From Proteromonas lacertae (Eukaryota): a stretch of DNA of 37,816 bases. Location of the stretch: contig NGBS01001218.1 in NCBI GenBank assembly GCA_002245135.1, positions 1 to 37,816 on the forward strand. Direction: 5' to 3'. A program made the translations under genes and the position numbers. The notes beneath the pieces are model-generated. The model made no database searches and was not told where the DNA came from. It saw nothing but the letters and a program-made list of their open reading frames with translations. Below are positions 1 to 11,932 of this stretch, in pieces (position 1 is the first letter of the stretch; each line of letters starts with the position of its first letter).

Positions 1-2877
1 TTACTTTTGTTGTCCTTACTGTTGCTCGGGAACAACTTCCTTCCGGCAGTTCCTTACTCATCAAAGTTATCCCTGCCAGAAGCTTATCAAGTACCGTATC
101 AAGAGAGAGTTCCCTGACTCAAACGATTATGAGAAGAGCCATTGCTTCTTTAAGCACTACAAGAACATGCAATACATCCCATTGTAATCTACTACGATAC
201 AGAGGTCTATTTCAAGAAGGTATCCCACGTTGATGCAGATGGTAATGTCTTAAACGAAAGCAAGACTGAGGAGTCCAAGAAGTCCTTCACGTATTATATA
301 GTTACCATATCCTTGTGTGGAGTAGAGTTGATGACTTCCCTTCAAGGTGCATTGAAGGCAAGAAGACAAGTCCCGATCAGAACTTAGAAGAAGAGCTAGT
401 GAGTCAGTTCCTATTGATCGGAGAGTTGATTGAGGACTATTATCGAGAGATCAATGATAAGCCAAAGGTGATGAGAGTAACTAAGGATGATCAGGCAGCT
501 TTTAATGAAGCAACTGACTGTGCCTTCTGCTGTGAGTTGTTTACCAAGGAGAACTATAAGGTAAGACATCATGATCACTTCACCAGTAAGTACATCGCAG
601 CCTTATGCAATTCCTGTAACACGCTTGCCAGATTGCTTATATGAGAATCCGGTGATAGCCCACAATGCTAAGAACTACGATCAGGCATTCATCCTACGAG
701 AGTTAGCTAAGAGATGCCAAGTAGATGTGATACCAAAGTCCGATGAGAAGTTCCTTAGCATATCAACCTTACGATTGTCCTTCATTGATAGCTACTGCTT
801 CATGTCCTCTAGCTTAGAGTCTCTTACAGAGTGCTTACATCGTCAGGCAGTCCAGTCCGGGGACTTCAAGAAGTACTTTGCCCTGGTGTTCTACGTGATG
901 AACCAGATCAAGGGATATGATGAAGAGATGATCAAGACTTACCTCATGCAGAAGAACTACTTCCCTTATGAGTATTGTGATGACTTAGCCAAGTACGATG
1001 ACCAGAGTTACCACCACAAGAAGCTTTCTACTCAGAGCTCAATATGAAAGGAATCAATGAGGAGGAGTACAACTTTGCCTGTGAAGTGTTTAAGAAGTTC
1101 AAGTGTCAGTCCTTAGGTGATTACAACATGCTTTACTTAGCCGTCGATGTTGGCATCCTAGCAAGTGTCTTTGAGAACTTCCGTAATGTCATCCTCGGAG
1201 GGTTCCAGTTAGATCCAGCCTGGTACATCTCTGGTCCTAGTTTAACATGGGATGCATTCCTCCAGCATGAACACATCAGCATCCCCTTGATCTTCGAGGA
1301 AGACATCTATGACTTCTTCATAGCTGGCCTTTACGGAGGTATCTCATCTATGGGAAGTGAAAAGTATAGCACTAGCAACAACAAGTATCAGAACAACTAC
1401 GATCCAGCGGAGCCTTCTACTTATATCATGTACAATGACTACAATAGCTTATACCCATCCACGATGTCCTCCAGCAGTTACCGTGCTGAGATTTCAAGTT
1501 CATTGCCTGGACCGATGAAATAATTCAAGAGATCCTCTCGAAGCCTTATTACGATGACATGTCTATGAAGGAGTTCAAGGAGCCAGGTAAAGGATACTTC
1601 CTCGAAGTCGATATCGAGTGCCCGAGAGAGCTTCATGATAAGTTCAAGGAGTATCCTTTGTTCCCAGAACGAAACACAATCGCTTACGATCAGCTATCAC
1701 CGACTCAGCAGGCATTAGCTCAAGAGTATGGATTGGTGCTAACAACAGAGGATGGTAAGATGGCCATGAAGGTAAAGACTGAGAAGTTGATCTGCGATCT
1801 CACCCCTAAGAAGAATTACGTAATCCATTACCAGGCACTTAAGTATGCAGTTGAACGAGGTTATAAGATACAAGGTGTCCATCGTGTGTTGGAGTTCACC
1901 GAAGAACCTCTGATGAAGACCTTTGTGGATGATATGATCCGATACCGAGTAGATGCAAAGAAGAGCAATCGTACTGCCGATAGTGATACTTATAAGCTAT
2001 TGTTGAACTCCATCTATGGTAAGAGCTGTGAGCGTAAGGAACGACGATCCAGCATTAAGATAGCCTGCTCCGAGAAGACCTTTAAAAAGTACTCTAGCAG
2101 CAACTGGTTCGATACCTTCAAGAACTTATATGAAGAAGATCCAGATCTCCGATTATGCTATTTCAATAAGTCCGCCTGCTTCATTGACATGCCTATCTTC
2201 CTCGGTACATCAATCTTATGCTTATCGAAGTTGAAGATGCAAAGGTTCTGGTATGATGTTCTCTATCCCTTGTATGGATCCTCCTTGAAGTTGCTTATGA
2301 CTGATACCGACTCCTTGCTTTATAAGTGTCAGACTGAAGACATCTATGAGATATTATGGAGCATAAGCAGTTCATGAGGATGATGGACACTGGAAATCTC
2401 AACGTTGACATCTTAAGGGATAGAGGAATCGTCTATGACAATTACAAGGACACTGGCAAGTTGAACTTATTGAAATGTGAAGAGAACAAGAATGGTAAGC
2501 TTTATACAATCACTCAGTTCGTCGGGATTAAACCAAAGATGTATGCTTACGAGAAGAGTGAAGCTTCTTCCGTCTACGTGGAATGTGATAGCCGTGCAAA
2601 GGGACTCAATAAAGCCTTAAGAGAACAGAAGAACTTTTACGTCTACTTCAAGACTCTCTTCAACATGCTACCCATGGAAGATATGAATTGTAAGACCAGG
2701 AACTTCCGTGTCCTCGATCAGCACATCTACACCGTAGAGACCACCAAGAGAGTCTTCACTCCCTTTGATGATAAGAGGTACTTTATCGATCACTTTAGAA
2801 CATTGCCTTATGGGCACTACTCAATACTACCGAAGGATCAAGAGGATGATGATGATGATTTCAATGAGTTGTGGTGA
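1..2877 (+). pseudogene. polB: Protein-primed family B DNA polymerase (Polinton/adintovirus type) with inserted endonuclease VII/HNH-like Zn domain; split by several frameshifts; 5' part lies outside the window
   Basis: Collinear motifs across consecutive frames: ExoI PIVIYYDTE (~178-204), CAFC..HHDH..CNSCN, ExoII AHNAKNYD, FIDSYCFMSSSL, KNYFPYEY, ExoIII YLAVDV, motif A DYNSLYPSTM, motif B KLLLNSIYGK, motif C TDTDS, KPKMY, C-terminal DDKRY..TLPYGHY. Confidence 0.95.
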
Positions 2878-3029
2878 GATCAGTAACACGCATAAGCTCA
2901 TAGCTTTTACTATCAACGTGTGTTTAGTGTACTTGTAAAGTCACTGGAGTAAGAATCATCGGAGATAGCTAGTTGGTCTTTTCCTTATCATTCAAAGAGC
3001 TACTTACAATCACCCGCAATTACTTATCA

Positions 3030-3308
3030 ATGGAAGCCATCGGTAACAACTTACTCCAGACCGTAGATTGCCCAAGTGATAACAACTACCCGAAGTTACC
3101 ATCAGAGAATGAAAGGCTAGTGTTAGAGATGTGTATGAACAGGGCCAAGCAGATCTATCATTCCCGGGTCAGTGGAGAAGTACGTATACTCTACGATGAA
3201 GCAATCTCTCGTTATTGTAAAGACGAGATCATCAGTAGTAGCTTCGGAAAGGCTTACAACCTCTTGGACACTTGCGAGAAGATTAACATGGAGAGTTGTC
3301 TTGGATAA
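3030..3308 (+). CDS. Hypothetical element-encoded protein; degenerate coding-like sequence continues to ~3660
   Basis: ATG at 3030 within ORF 2973..3308; same GC-richer composition as polB; no recognisable motif. Confidence 0.4.
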   Translation: MEAIGNNLLQTVDCPSDNNYPKLPSENERLVLEMCMNRAKQIYHSRVSGEVRILYDEAISRYCKDEIISSSFGKAYNLLDTCEKINMESCLG

Positions 3309-4041
3309 GATGCATTGATAAGAGACTTAAGGCATCGACTCAATGACCTGGAGTTGGAGTATGCAATGGATCGATTACAGATAGATGAAGAAGTTGATCT
3401 CAAGTGTCACGAGGTACTCATCTTACCATAACAAGAACTTCCTTGGAGTTGCCATTGCATCGGTAACTAGCTTATAAACATAACCCAGGTACTTTTCTTA
3501 CTTATCGATGTAGTCTTTGGTGAGTTGCTTAGCAATCATTTATTTTATTCCTTGGAGATAACATTATAAGCAAAGAAGATGAAGACGATTTATATCCTTG
3601 GAAGGGAAGTCACTCAAGATGATGGTCAGAAGATCCTTTATATTGATGATCACAAATAAAAGTAATACTGAGTTTTCTTTTGACTGTAAGCATCTTCTAT
3701 TATCATTACCTGTAATAGCATATAATTTCCTCCAAAATCTATACCAATAGTATATGAATTATCAATATCCTACATAAAATATAAATAGCATTTAAAAGCT
3801 TGTTAGGTTTGAAATTAAATCCTATTTTTTTATTTATAGAAAACAATTATGGACTATTTATGAATTATAATATTTAATAACTCATTAATAGCTGTTGTCA
3901 TGCTATTAATACTATTATTTATACTCTTCAAAGTTTCTCTAGTTTCGTTGTCTTTTTCTATTTGTTCTTAAATTTTTTCCTCAATAATATCGATTTTTAT
4001 TCTCATATTATTTTTTTCTGTTTCATTTGCATATTAAAAAG

Positions 4042-6293
4042 CAGTGATGTATAAAATGGTTAATGACCAGTTGGTTGAATTGCTGGTCTATTGGTCATTG
4101 ACCGTTCAGTGACCTTTAGGTGCTATTACTTGACCTTCTACATACAGGGTGATTTCTTTCTTAAAATCTATCATATAAACTATTTTTTAACCAATATATA
4201 TATTTTTTAAAAAAACCATTTTGACCATTGGTCAATTTATCTTTTTTTTGTAGAAAATATGTTTTAGTTATTTATTGCTAAATAAATTATTACAATAGTA
4301 TATTTGAATATATTAAATATGTAACAATGAATTTAAGCTTTTAAAAAATCATTTTGGCTTGTCAAACCATTTACATTTTCTTTGAAAACAATAAGAATGT
4401 ATAATATAAATCTATTATGTATAGGGAATCTCCAAAATTTCCAGCAGGAACTTGTAATGAAGTGCTCAATATGAAAGATAGCCTATGTTGTCTCGATTTC
4501 AAGTATACCAAGAGCTATTGGTCTTATTTTTTAAAAATTAGGGGCACAGATCAGTGTGTATGCTGTCTGTGCTCCAAACGTTACAAGTGCTTGTCGTCAA
4601 ATGGAAAAGCTATTAAAGGACATGTAATCAGTTGTCATAACTTCAGCGAAACAGTAATTGGGAGAATAAACAATCCAGAAATATCAAGAAATTTATTTAA
4701 TACGATAACAAATGATGGAGTATCAAGCACAATTTTAGACTCAATTAATTTTCGCAATTTCTGCAAGTCACTTAAATATGACTGCCCTAGAAGATTCAAC
4801 TACATCACGTACTTAGAAAACAACTACGAAGAAATCCTTAACAAGTTGAAACGAGAATTAAATAGAAGAAGAGTAGCGTTAGAAATAGATGGATGGAAAA
4901 GCGAAAAAGGAGATCAATACTTTGGAGTGTCATGTAGCTATATTGATAATTATTTTAATGTTATTAAAAGACTATTAGCTGTTAGAAAAGTTGATAATGA
5001 AACAGCATTAACTTTATCAGGTGAACTAAAGGAAATTATTGAACAATTCAATGTAGAGGTAATTAGTGTTACATGTGATAATGCCAAAAATGTATTGAAA
5101 ACAATAAGAATATTAGAAATACCTATAATTAGGTGTTTCGAACACTCCCTTCAGCTTTCTCTTAACAACTCGATAAATGAACAAATCCAAGCAGTGGTAA
5201 ATTATTTTGAAAATTTAGGAAAAGAATTACGAAAACCATCAAATAAGTCCAAATTTAATATAAATATTCCTACTTTGACGGTTACAAGATGGAATTCTAT
5301 GTTTATTATGTTACAAGCTGTAGATAATCATAAGAAAATTTTATTTGAATACTACGATAATGAAATGAAAAAGAAGAAACTTGGATTTGAATGTGATGAC
5401 AGTTTGTTGGAATATTGTAATAAAAATGCAGTAGAATATAAAGTGTTACAAAACCTCATAGATATTCTAAATCCTTTTTATCAGTTGACATTATTTTTGG
5501 AGAGCAGAACTGTTACATGTGGAATGGCGATGTTGAAATGTAAACAAGTAATTCATGAAATGAAGTTTAATTATCCCGAAAAGATAAAAAAATATTGCGA
5601 AGATATTAAAAGCGATATTCTTTCTAGAATTGAAACTATAAATGATGATAGTAACAACATTATATTGCTCTGCTGCTTGTTGGATTTAAGGGTGAAACCC
5701 TTTCTTACTAGAAGAATAATGTTTAATGATAGTGAATATAATAAAGCTGTCAGTATGTTATATGACGTAGTAAATTCTTTAAATGAAAAAGAAGAAGAAG
5801 AATTATTAGAAGAAACTACAACAAATGAACTTGATAAATACTTATTAAATGAAAATCCAACAAAAAAAAGAAAGACTATAAAAAGCGAAGTGGACAACTA
5901 CATTATGTATCAAGAAAGATTTAGTACCACAGATAATATAGGAGAGATTTGGTTAAGACTTAAACCGTCTTTTCCAACAATATTCACAGTTGCACAGATG
6001 TTTCTATCATCACAATGTAGTTCTAGTGAGGTAGAACGTGTATTTAGTAACGCTGGTTTTCTGAGTTCCATACACAGATCAAGTATTTCTCCAAAACATT
6101 TAGAAATGAAGTTAATTATAAGCATGAACAAATAAACTATTAATTACTTTGAAAGCATTATTGATTGATTATATTTGTTTGTTTAAATATAGTATTAAAA
6201 TTAGAAAAGTTTGAAGCTTGACCGACCGATGGTCAAAAAAAAATCGATGGTTTTTGACCATTGACCATTGGTCTACCATTCTATACAGCACTG
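4042..6293 (+). mobile_element. Complete hAT DNA transposon
   Basis: 19-bp TIRs CAGTGATGTATAAAATGGT (4042-4060) and reverse complement CAGTGCTGTATAGAATGGT (6275-6293), 17/19 identical; perfect 8-bp TSD TTAAAAAG at 4034-4041 and 6294-6301; many subterminal TGACC/GGTCA motifs. Confidence 0.97.
4417..6135 (+). CDS. hAT transposase, apparently intact (572 aa)
   Basis: BED-like Zn finger (W..F..CCLC..H...H), IDGW, TCDNAKN, RCFEHSLQL (CxxH), TRWNS, SSEVERVFS catalytic Glu, C-terminal dimerisation region. Confidence 0.96.
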   Translation: MYRESPKFPAGTCNEVLNMKDSLCCLDFKYTKSYWSYFLKIRGTDQCVCCLCSKRYKCLSSNGKAIKGHVISCHNFSETVIGRINNPEISRNLFNTITNDGVSSTILDSINFRNFCKSLKYDCPRRFNYITYLENNYEEILNKLKRELNRRRVALEIDGWKSEKGDQYFGVSCSYIDNYFNVIKRLLAVRKVDNETALTLSGELKEIIEQFNVEVISVTCDNAKNVLKTIRILEIPIIRCFEHSLQLSLNNSINEQIQAVVNYFENLGKELRKPSNKSKFNINIPTLTVTRWNSMFIMLQAVDNHKKILFEYYDNEMKKKKLGFECDDSLLEYCNKNAVEYKVLQNLIDILNPFYQLTLFLESRTVTCGMAMLKCKQVIHEMKFNYPEKIKKYCEDIKSDILSRIETINDDSNNIILLCCLLDLRVKPFLTRRIMFNDSEYNKAVSMLYDVVNSLNEKEEEELLEETTTNELDKYLLNENPTKKRKTIKSEVDNYIMYQERFSTTDNIGEIWLRLKPSFPTIFTVAQMFLSSQCSSSEVERVFSNAGFLSSIHRSSISPKHLEMKLIISMNK

Positions 6294-6301
6294 TTAAAAA
6301 G

Positions 6302-6421
6302 ATGTACTGCAGAGGTAGGTCATATAATAAAGTAAGTATAAAAGTAACAATTTTCCATCAAGACAAGTAAGAATATTCATTTAGTTTGTTTTAAAAGTGT
6401 CTAGTAAACAAATTGCCAACA
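6302..6421 (+). repeat. Fragment of the foldback/MITE family, interrupted by the hAT insertion
   Basis: CTGCAGAGGTAGGTCATATAATAAAGTAAGTATAAAAGTAACAATTTTCCATCAAGACAAGTAAGAATA.. closely matches 17069-17180. Confidence 0.85.
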
Positions 6422-6499
6422 GAAGATGTCATGCAGAAGATTTTACTCTCTTCTGTTAGTTACCAACAATGATATCAGGGATAAATCTTCCTTTGAAGA

Positions 6500-6720
6500 C
6501 TAGAGTGTCCTATTTCTTTTAGTAGGAATTAACAGAGTTGACTTTTGCGAGACTTTCATCGATTGCATCGATGAAGGCCCCGTAAAGTCAACTCTGAATC
6601 TAGAAAGGGATAGACTCCTAGAAAACTCGTTAAAACTCGTTAAGCTGCCTACGGGATTCCTCCTACGGGATCTTCTTCCCTATGAGATGATGAATCCCGT
6701 TTCAAACTAAAGGTGTGGAC
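6500..6720. repeat. Imperfect palindrome plus adjacent sequence; diverged inverted copy of the 21.9-22.2 kb terminus
   Basis: CAGAGTTGACTTT..CATCGATTGCATCGATG..AAAGTCAACTCTG (6533-6596), followed by AATCTAGAAAGGGATAGACTCCTAGAAAACTCGTTA and CCTACGGGATTCCTCC, all matching the reverse complement of ~21965-22123. Confidence 0.9.
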
Positions 6721-6821
6721 CACGCCATAAGTATAATTTCATATAGAAAACATATAGAAAACAACTATAATTTTAATCACGCTGTTTTAAATATTTATTT
6801 TGTATAGATATATTACATATT

Positions 6822-7637
6822 CTAATATAAGTAAGCTGTGCAGTATGGTTTCCATTTATAACAATTTACATTTTTAATGAGATTATTTTTACTAGCATTT
6901 ACTATAGCTTCACTATTTATATATACATCATCCAATAATAAAAGAGAATTTGGATGTGATATTAACTTTATATTAACAATATCATTATATATTACACTTT
7001 GTATGTGACATCCATCAATATGTATCACATTGCATTTACTAAAATTGCTATTAAGTTTGTTAAAATGAAATACTGTATATTCACTTTTACCCCATATCAT
7101 ATTCATTTTAAAAACTTGACTTATAGCATCATATGAATCTTTAGAATACTGATTTCCAATATCAAATCCATAATAATTAATTTCGTGATTAATAGAAGTG
7201 ATTAAAGTAATAGCTCCAACACCTAATTGAAAGCCAATTTCACAGATATTTTTTATTTTATTTTTTTTGTCAAATTCTTTGATTAAATAATTATACTTTT
7301 TCATTTGATAATAGTACATTCCAATATCTCCATCAGCATTACTTAATGCAGATGTAATATTTGTCATTCTTATAGATTTTGCATAGATCCTTATACTGTC
7401 AAGCAAAATAAACAATGGTAATTTATTGAGCTTGTGAATATATACTATACACTCCAATATTTTTTTAATGTTTGGAGATTTACTATATCCTTCTTGTATT
7501 ATGTTTAAATATTGATTTGAATAAAATAAATTATCATCATCATCTTTATCATATTTATAACTACATTTCTGATAGAAATATTCTTTAATAATGAAATTTA
7601 AAAAGATTATAATAAAGAGAATTGTTGTTATATTCAT
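6822..7637 (-). CDS. Membrane-anchored class I SAM-dependent methyltransferase (Methyltransf_24-like)
   Basis: N-terminal hydrophobic anchor; ICEIGFQLGVG motif I, YYGFD, IHIDGCH, LLLDD. Confidence 0.8.
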   Translation of the reverse strand: MNITTILFIIIFLNFIIKEYFYQKCSYKYDKDDDDNLFYSNQYLNIIQEGYSKSPNIKKILECIVYIHKLNKLPLFILLDSIRIYAKSIRMTNITSALSNADGDIGMYYYQMKKYNYLIKEFDKKNKIKNICEIGFQLGVGAITLITSINHEINYYGFDIGNQYSKDSYDAISQVFKMNMIWGKSEYTVFHFNKLNSNFSKCNVIHIDGCHIQSVIYNDIVNIKLISHPNSLLLLDDVYINSEAIVNASKNNLIKNVNCYKWKPYCTAYLY

Positions 7638-8147
7638 TGGTGATATATACTTAAAGTATGTTTTCCATGGGAAAGATTACAAAAATTTAATAATTTTTTC
7701 CACAAAGTCAATCAAGTTTTTAATGAATTGATCTACATATGTAGAAAAAATTATCAAAGTATAAATGCAACTTCTCTTTTTTGAAAATGAAGATGGTTTT
7801 AAAGTAGAAGTTATTGATTATGTAATTCAAGAAAATAGTAAAGAAGATTCAAATAATTCAAAAAGTAAGATTAACAACATCTTCGAATAATCTTTAAAAT
7901 ACTTATAAAATCTTTTTGTATCTCAATTATTTTTAGTGTATTTAGTATATTTATTCAAATATATAAAACAGTAAATTATTATCATTTTATTTCACCATTT
8001 TAATTGATTATAATTCATTTTTCTTGGAATGAAGGGTTTTGAGTTATACTGGTTTGACTGTAATGATAATAATTATAATTATATTCCAGAAAAAGGTATT
8101 ATTATTACAAGTTAATACAATTTGTAAATGCTCAATTGAAATATATA

Positions 8148-9185
8148 TTATTTGAAAATTAATTTACTCTGATTTTTCTTAATAATATATATTTCAATCG
8201 GATAAAATCCATGAATTAACATATACTTATTTAAACTATGAATAGTACTACATATATTGTATGGAAGATCTCTAATTATATATTCAGAAATATCTATCAG
8301 TGATATATTATTGTATTTGAACATATATCCCATAAAAACATCTTCAATCCAAATTTTTGGATTGACATATTTCATCGATATATTCAATAATACAACAGTA
8401 CTGTAAGGAATTATATATCCAACGCCTTGCAAATAAGGAGGATATATATTATCTTTAATAATATTTTTAGGAACATAGTGACTGTATTTTTTATTTCTAA
8501 GTATGAATGTTCTTTTAGATAATTTACCAATAGCATAATTCAAATAATTGCTTTGATAGTATTTTAGCCAGTTATAAATTAAAGGAACATTAACATATAC
8601 ATCAATATCAGATTTTAACAAATACTTAAATCGTATATTAATTGACCATGATATCATATGAGCTGTCTGTATACTTAAATTAAAATATGATGATATTTCA
8701 TTAAACTGAACAATATCATTATATAAACTAGCTTCATATTCTAATTTTCTGTTAATTTTATAATTATTGCTTTTTAAAGTGATATATATTATTATTGCTA
8801 ATTTTGTTTTATATAAAATTTTTCTTGAAATTAATCTTTCATAAAATTCTTCTGGTCTGCAATGTATAAATATAAGAAGATATACATAATTGCGCATAAG
8901 CTTTGGAGATAATAATATTTTTCTATCTAATGGGAAAGAAATAATATATTTTTCAGGATGTCCACCATATCCTATTTTTCTATATTTTGACCTTTTTCTC
9001 ATATCAAACAAATGTTTAGATAGACATAATGATGTAAAATTAGAATTAATTAATAAATCATGAAAGAATAATTGGTGTTCATTACGAAATGTATTATAAA
9101 ATAATAATTTAAAGATGTAATTACATATATAATTAAATAGATATACAGAAAATAGTATATATATAATAAAGAGGTAAAATATCAT
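8148..9185 (-). CDS. GT31 beta-1,3-galactosyltransferase-like glycosyltransferase
   Basis: Type II anchor; YNDIV..SYFNLS, YLLKSDIDVYVN (DxD), YPPYLQGVGYII, IEDVFMG. Confidence 0.9.
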   Translation of the reverse strand: MIFYLFIIYILFSVYLFNYICNYIFKLLFYNTFRNEHQLFFHDLLINSNFTSLCLSKHLFDMRKRSKYRKIGYGGHPEKYIISFPLDRKILLSPKLMRNYVYLLIFIHCRPEEFYERLISRKILYKTKLAIIIYITLKSNNYKINRKLEYEASLYNDIVQFNEISSYFNLSIQTAHMISWSINIRFKYLLKSDIDVYVNVPLIYNWLKYYQSNYLNYAIGKLSKRTFILRNKKYSHYVPKNIIKDNIYPPYLQGVGYIIPYSTVVLLNISMKYVNPKIWIEDVFMGYMFKYNNISLIDISEYIIRDLPYNICSTIHSLNKYMLIHGFYPIEIYIIKKNQSKLIFK

Positions 9186-9228
9186 ATTATAGAGATTTGA
9201 TTTATTTGGTTAATTGCTATAAAAAGAT

Positions 9229-10215
9229 ATAAATAAACTTTCTGAAATAGTTCTAATATTTAATGTTCTTTTAATTCTTTTAATAATAATTACAGTATGG
9301 AGAAAAAAATATTATACTAAATTGGATATGTGGTATGATTTTCTAGTAGTAAATAAGAAAAACAATAATTCTAAAATACTGTTTTATCCTTATATAGGAT
9401 GTGGATTTGCCAATAAAATACCCACATTAGCAAGTACGATTCTATTATCCATACTGTCTTATCATCCAATGTTTATAATAAATTGGGACGAAATTTTGTT
9501 CTATTTTCAAATTCCAAAAAATATATTTCTTAAATTTTACAATATCAGCTTTATAAAAACTTTTAACAAAAATAGTATAAATGTATTAAAAGAATTAAGA
9601 AATGGAATTCCTATAAGAATTTATACATATCATAGTTATGTATCATATATTTTATTATTCTATAATTTAACAAATAAAATAAAGCAAATTATGAAACAAA
9701 ATGAAGAAAAATATAGAAATATAGAAATGTTTGTTTATCAAACATTATTGATACTAACCTCAGTAATAAACAATCATATTTTACAGTTCAATAGATTCAA
9801 GAAAATATCCCACATAATAGTAGTACATATAAGAACAGGTTATTTATCAGACTTCGGAGAAAGCAATAATAGGTTCTATAACAATGGTAGTATTGATTTA
9901 TATATTAAAAATATTAACGCTGTTTTAAAGAATGATAATAAATCAAAAATTTATATAGTGTCTGATTCTACTACAACTAAAAAATATATAGAATCAGTTT
10001 ATAGGAATAATATTATAAAATTTACTATAAAAGGAAAAATATGTCATGCAAGATTTGCAATGCATAATAGTAATAAAATAAATAAATGCGTAGTTAAACT
10101 AATTGCAGAAAATTATATCCTTTCTGAATGTAATAATGTAATAGGAAGTTGTAGAAGTTCATATTTTAATTTAGCTTGCAAAAGGAAAAATGTTAAATAT
10201 TTATCAATTTATTAA
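9229..10215 (+). CDS. Alpha-1,2/1,6/O-fucosyltransferase superfamily protein; anchor is in frame upstream of the listed ORF, start codon reads ATA
   Basis: GFANKI, VVHIRTG (motif I), IYIVSDS (motif II), LSECNNVIGSCRSSY (motif III); frame open from 9223 with hydrophobic segment IVLIFNVLLILLIIITVW. Confidence 0.75.
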   Translation: MNKLSEIVLIFNVLLILLIIITVWRKKYYTKLDMWYDFLVVNKKNNNSKILFYPYIGCGFANKIPTLASTILLSILSYHPMFIINWDEILFYFQIPKNIFLKFYNISFIKTFNKNSINVLKELRNGIPIRIYTYHSYVSYILLFYNLTNKIKQIMKQNEEKYRNIEMFVYQTLLILTSVINNHILQFNRFKKISHIIVVHIRTGYLSDFGESNNRFYNNGSIDLYIKNINAVLKNDNKSKIYIVSDSTTTKKYIESVYRNNIIKFTIKGKICHARFAMHNSNKINKCVVKLIAENYILSECNNVIGSCRSSYFNLACKRKNVKYLSIY

Positions 10216-10238
10216 GAAATATTTTTACATTTTTTAAT

Positions 10239-11071
10239 TTATTTTATGTATAAATTAAAATCACTATTATTATATTTTGAATAGTGCCTATCAAAATGAG
10301 TTGAAAAGTTAAAAGATTTTGTATTATAACAGCTAAAATTAGAATTTTGTTGATAAAGCAGTATATAAAACACACTTTGATCTTGTCTGTGATTAGATCT
10401 ATTAGAGAATTTAGGAGCAATGCAATCTATATTTAAAGAACATTTGAAGAAGGATATTTTAATCCAACAACTCCTCCCGCACACATTGTTTTACTTCTAA
10501 TAATTGAATTTACATTTAAATATAATAATGTCTTTATATATGTAAATCCTTTTATAGTTGATCCTGCTCCAATTGTATAAAATGTATTTTTTTCAATTTC
10601 TTTATAAATTCTTAATAACGATCCTCGTATCAAACATCCTGCATCAAGCCATAATAATGGTTTTTTATATTTTTCATATGATAAAGAAATTATAATTGAT
10701 TTCCATGCATAAACACCTACATTTTTATTAATATTAACATGAGGAGGATAGTCAGTGTAGTTAAATTTATTATAAATTAAATCAATATTTCTCTGCTTTA
10801 TATGTAATATAGCAAAAAAACAAAGTAATTTGTTTATTTGTAGGGATGATAATCCTAAATTCCAAATAATTAAACACATGTCTTTTTCATATTTAAATAT
10901 ATTGTATATAAACAAAAGAAGTAAATGAAAATGATTTGATGAAGATCCTGTAACTAATATTTTATTTTTACTACAGGTATTTTTTAAATAGAGTTGATAA
11001 TTTACTTCATAATAATATATATATAACATCAATAACAATATCATAAAAAATGTCAAGAATGTAATACGCAT
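10239..11071 (-). pseudogene. DUF1647-like putative GT-A glycosyltransferase, frameshifted near 10440
   Basis: Anchor, VTGSSSNHF, WNLGLS, YAWKSIII, LLWLDAG in ORF 10433..11071; CIAP..NHRQDQSV continues in ORF 10239..10484. Confidence 0.7.
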
Positions 11072-11089
11072 AATATAATTATATATAAT

Positions 11090-11925
11090 TATAGATTATT
11101 GTAGGATTGATCGAAAATAATTTCTATATTATATATATAATCAATACCAAATTGTATTTCGTTGAATAATTATTTTTGTAATGAAATTATGTGCTTTTTC
11201 CAGAACCAAATTAATTTTTCTCCATTAAGTGGCAATTTAGGTAAATGAATATCTATTAGACTATTTTTATCTATTTTAGATATATTATTCGGCCATCTGG
11301 ATCTGTCAATTCTAGTGTTAAAATAATTTCTTGGACGATATACAACATTAAAATTAAATTTAGGCCAGTTTCTTATTTTATCTCTTATATATACTTCATC
11401 AAATTTTCAAAATATTTTTTTCCTTTCTTTAATTGAGTTTTAATTATTTTTGAAATAATTAGCTCTAAATTTTTACTTTTTACATCATCTTTTAGAATTT
11501 GTTTCTATATATATTTATTACCCACAATATAACACATTGCCCATCTTCCTGAATTATTTCCATATCCATATCCTTTTACACCAAATGATTTTATTGTTAA
11601 CATGTTATACTCAAAATCATCGAAATATTTCTTTGATACAGGAATCATATCAGCATCAGTTAAATAAAATAGATCATTATCTTTGGCACGTGAGCTAATT
11701 AAATATCCAAGTATCGTTAAATTTTGTCAAATATACAATAGCTCCTAGACTTATCATTATTTTTTTTATGTATAAAATATCACTACTTATATTATGATAT
11801 ACCATAATAACTATGCATTTATAACCATATAATTTCCACGCTTTAATAATAATTGGTAAATATAAAAAATAAGATAAATAACTAACAATGATAAGAAACA
11901 ATATTATGTATAATTTAATATTCAT
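11090..11925 (-). pseudogene. Fragmented putative glycosyltransferase (DxD type)
   Basis: Hydrophobic N-terminus; downstream frames give YLTDADMIPVSKKYF, DEVYIRDKIRNWPKF, RIDRSRWP; several frame breaks; left end approximate. Confidence 0.55.
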
Positions 11926-11932
11926 TATTATT

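Noticed and set aside
5571..6131. Antisense ORFs 5571..5897 and 5910..6131, and similar shadows at 18182, 18563, 23045, 23467, 24419, 26652, 35748, 36728
   Set aside because: Opposite-strand shadows of better-supported genes, no motifs
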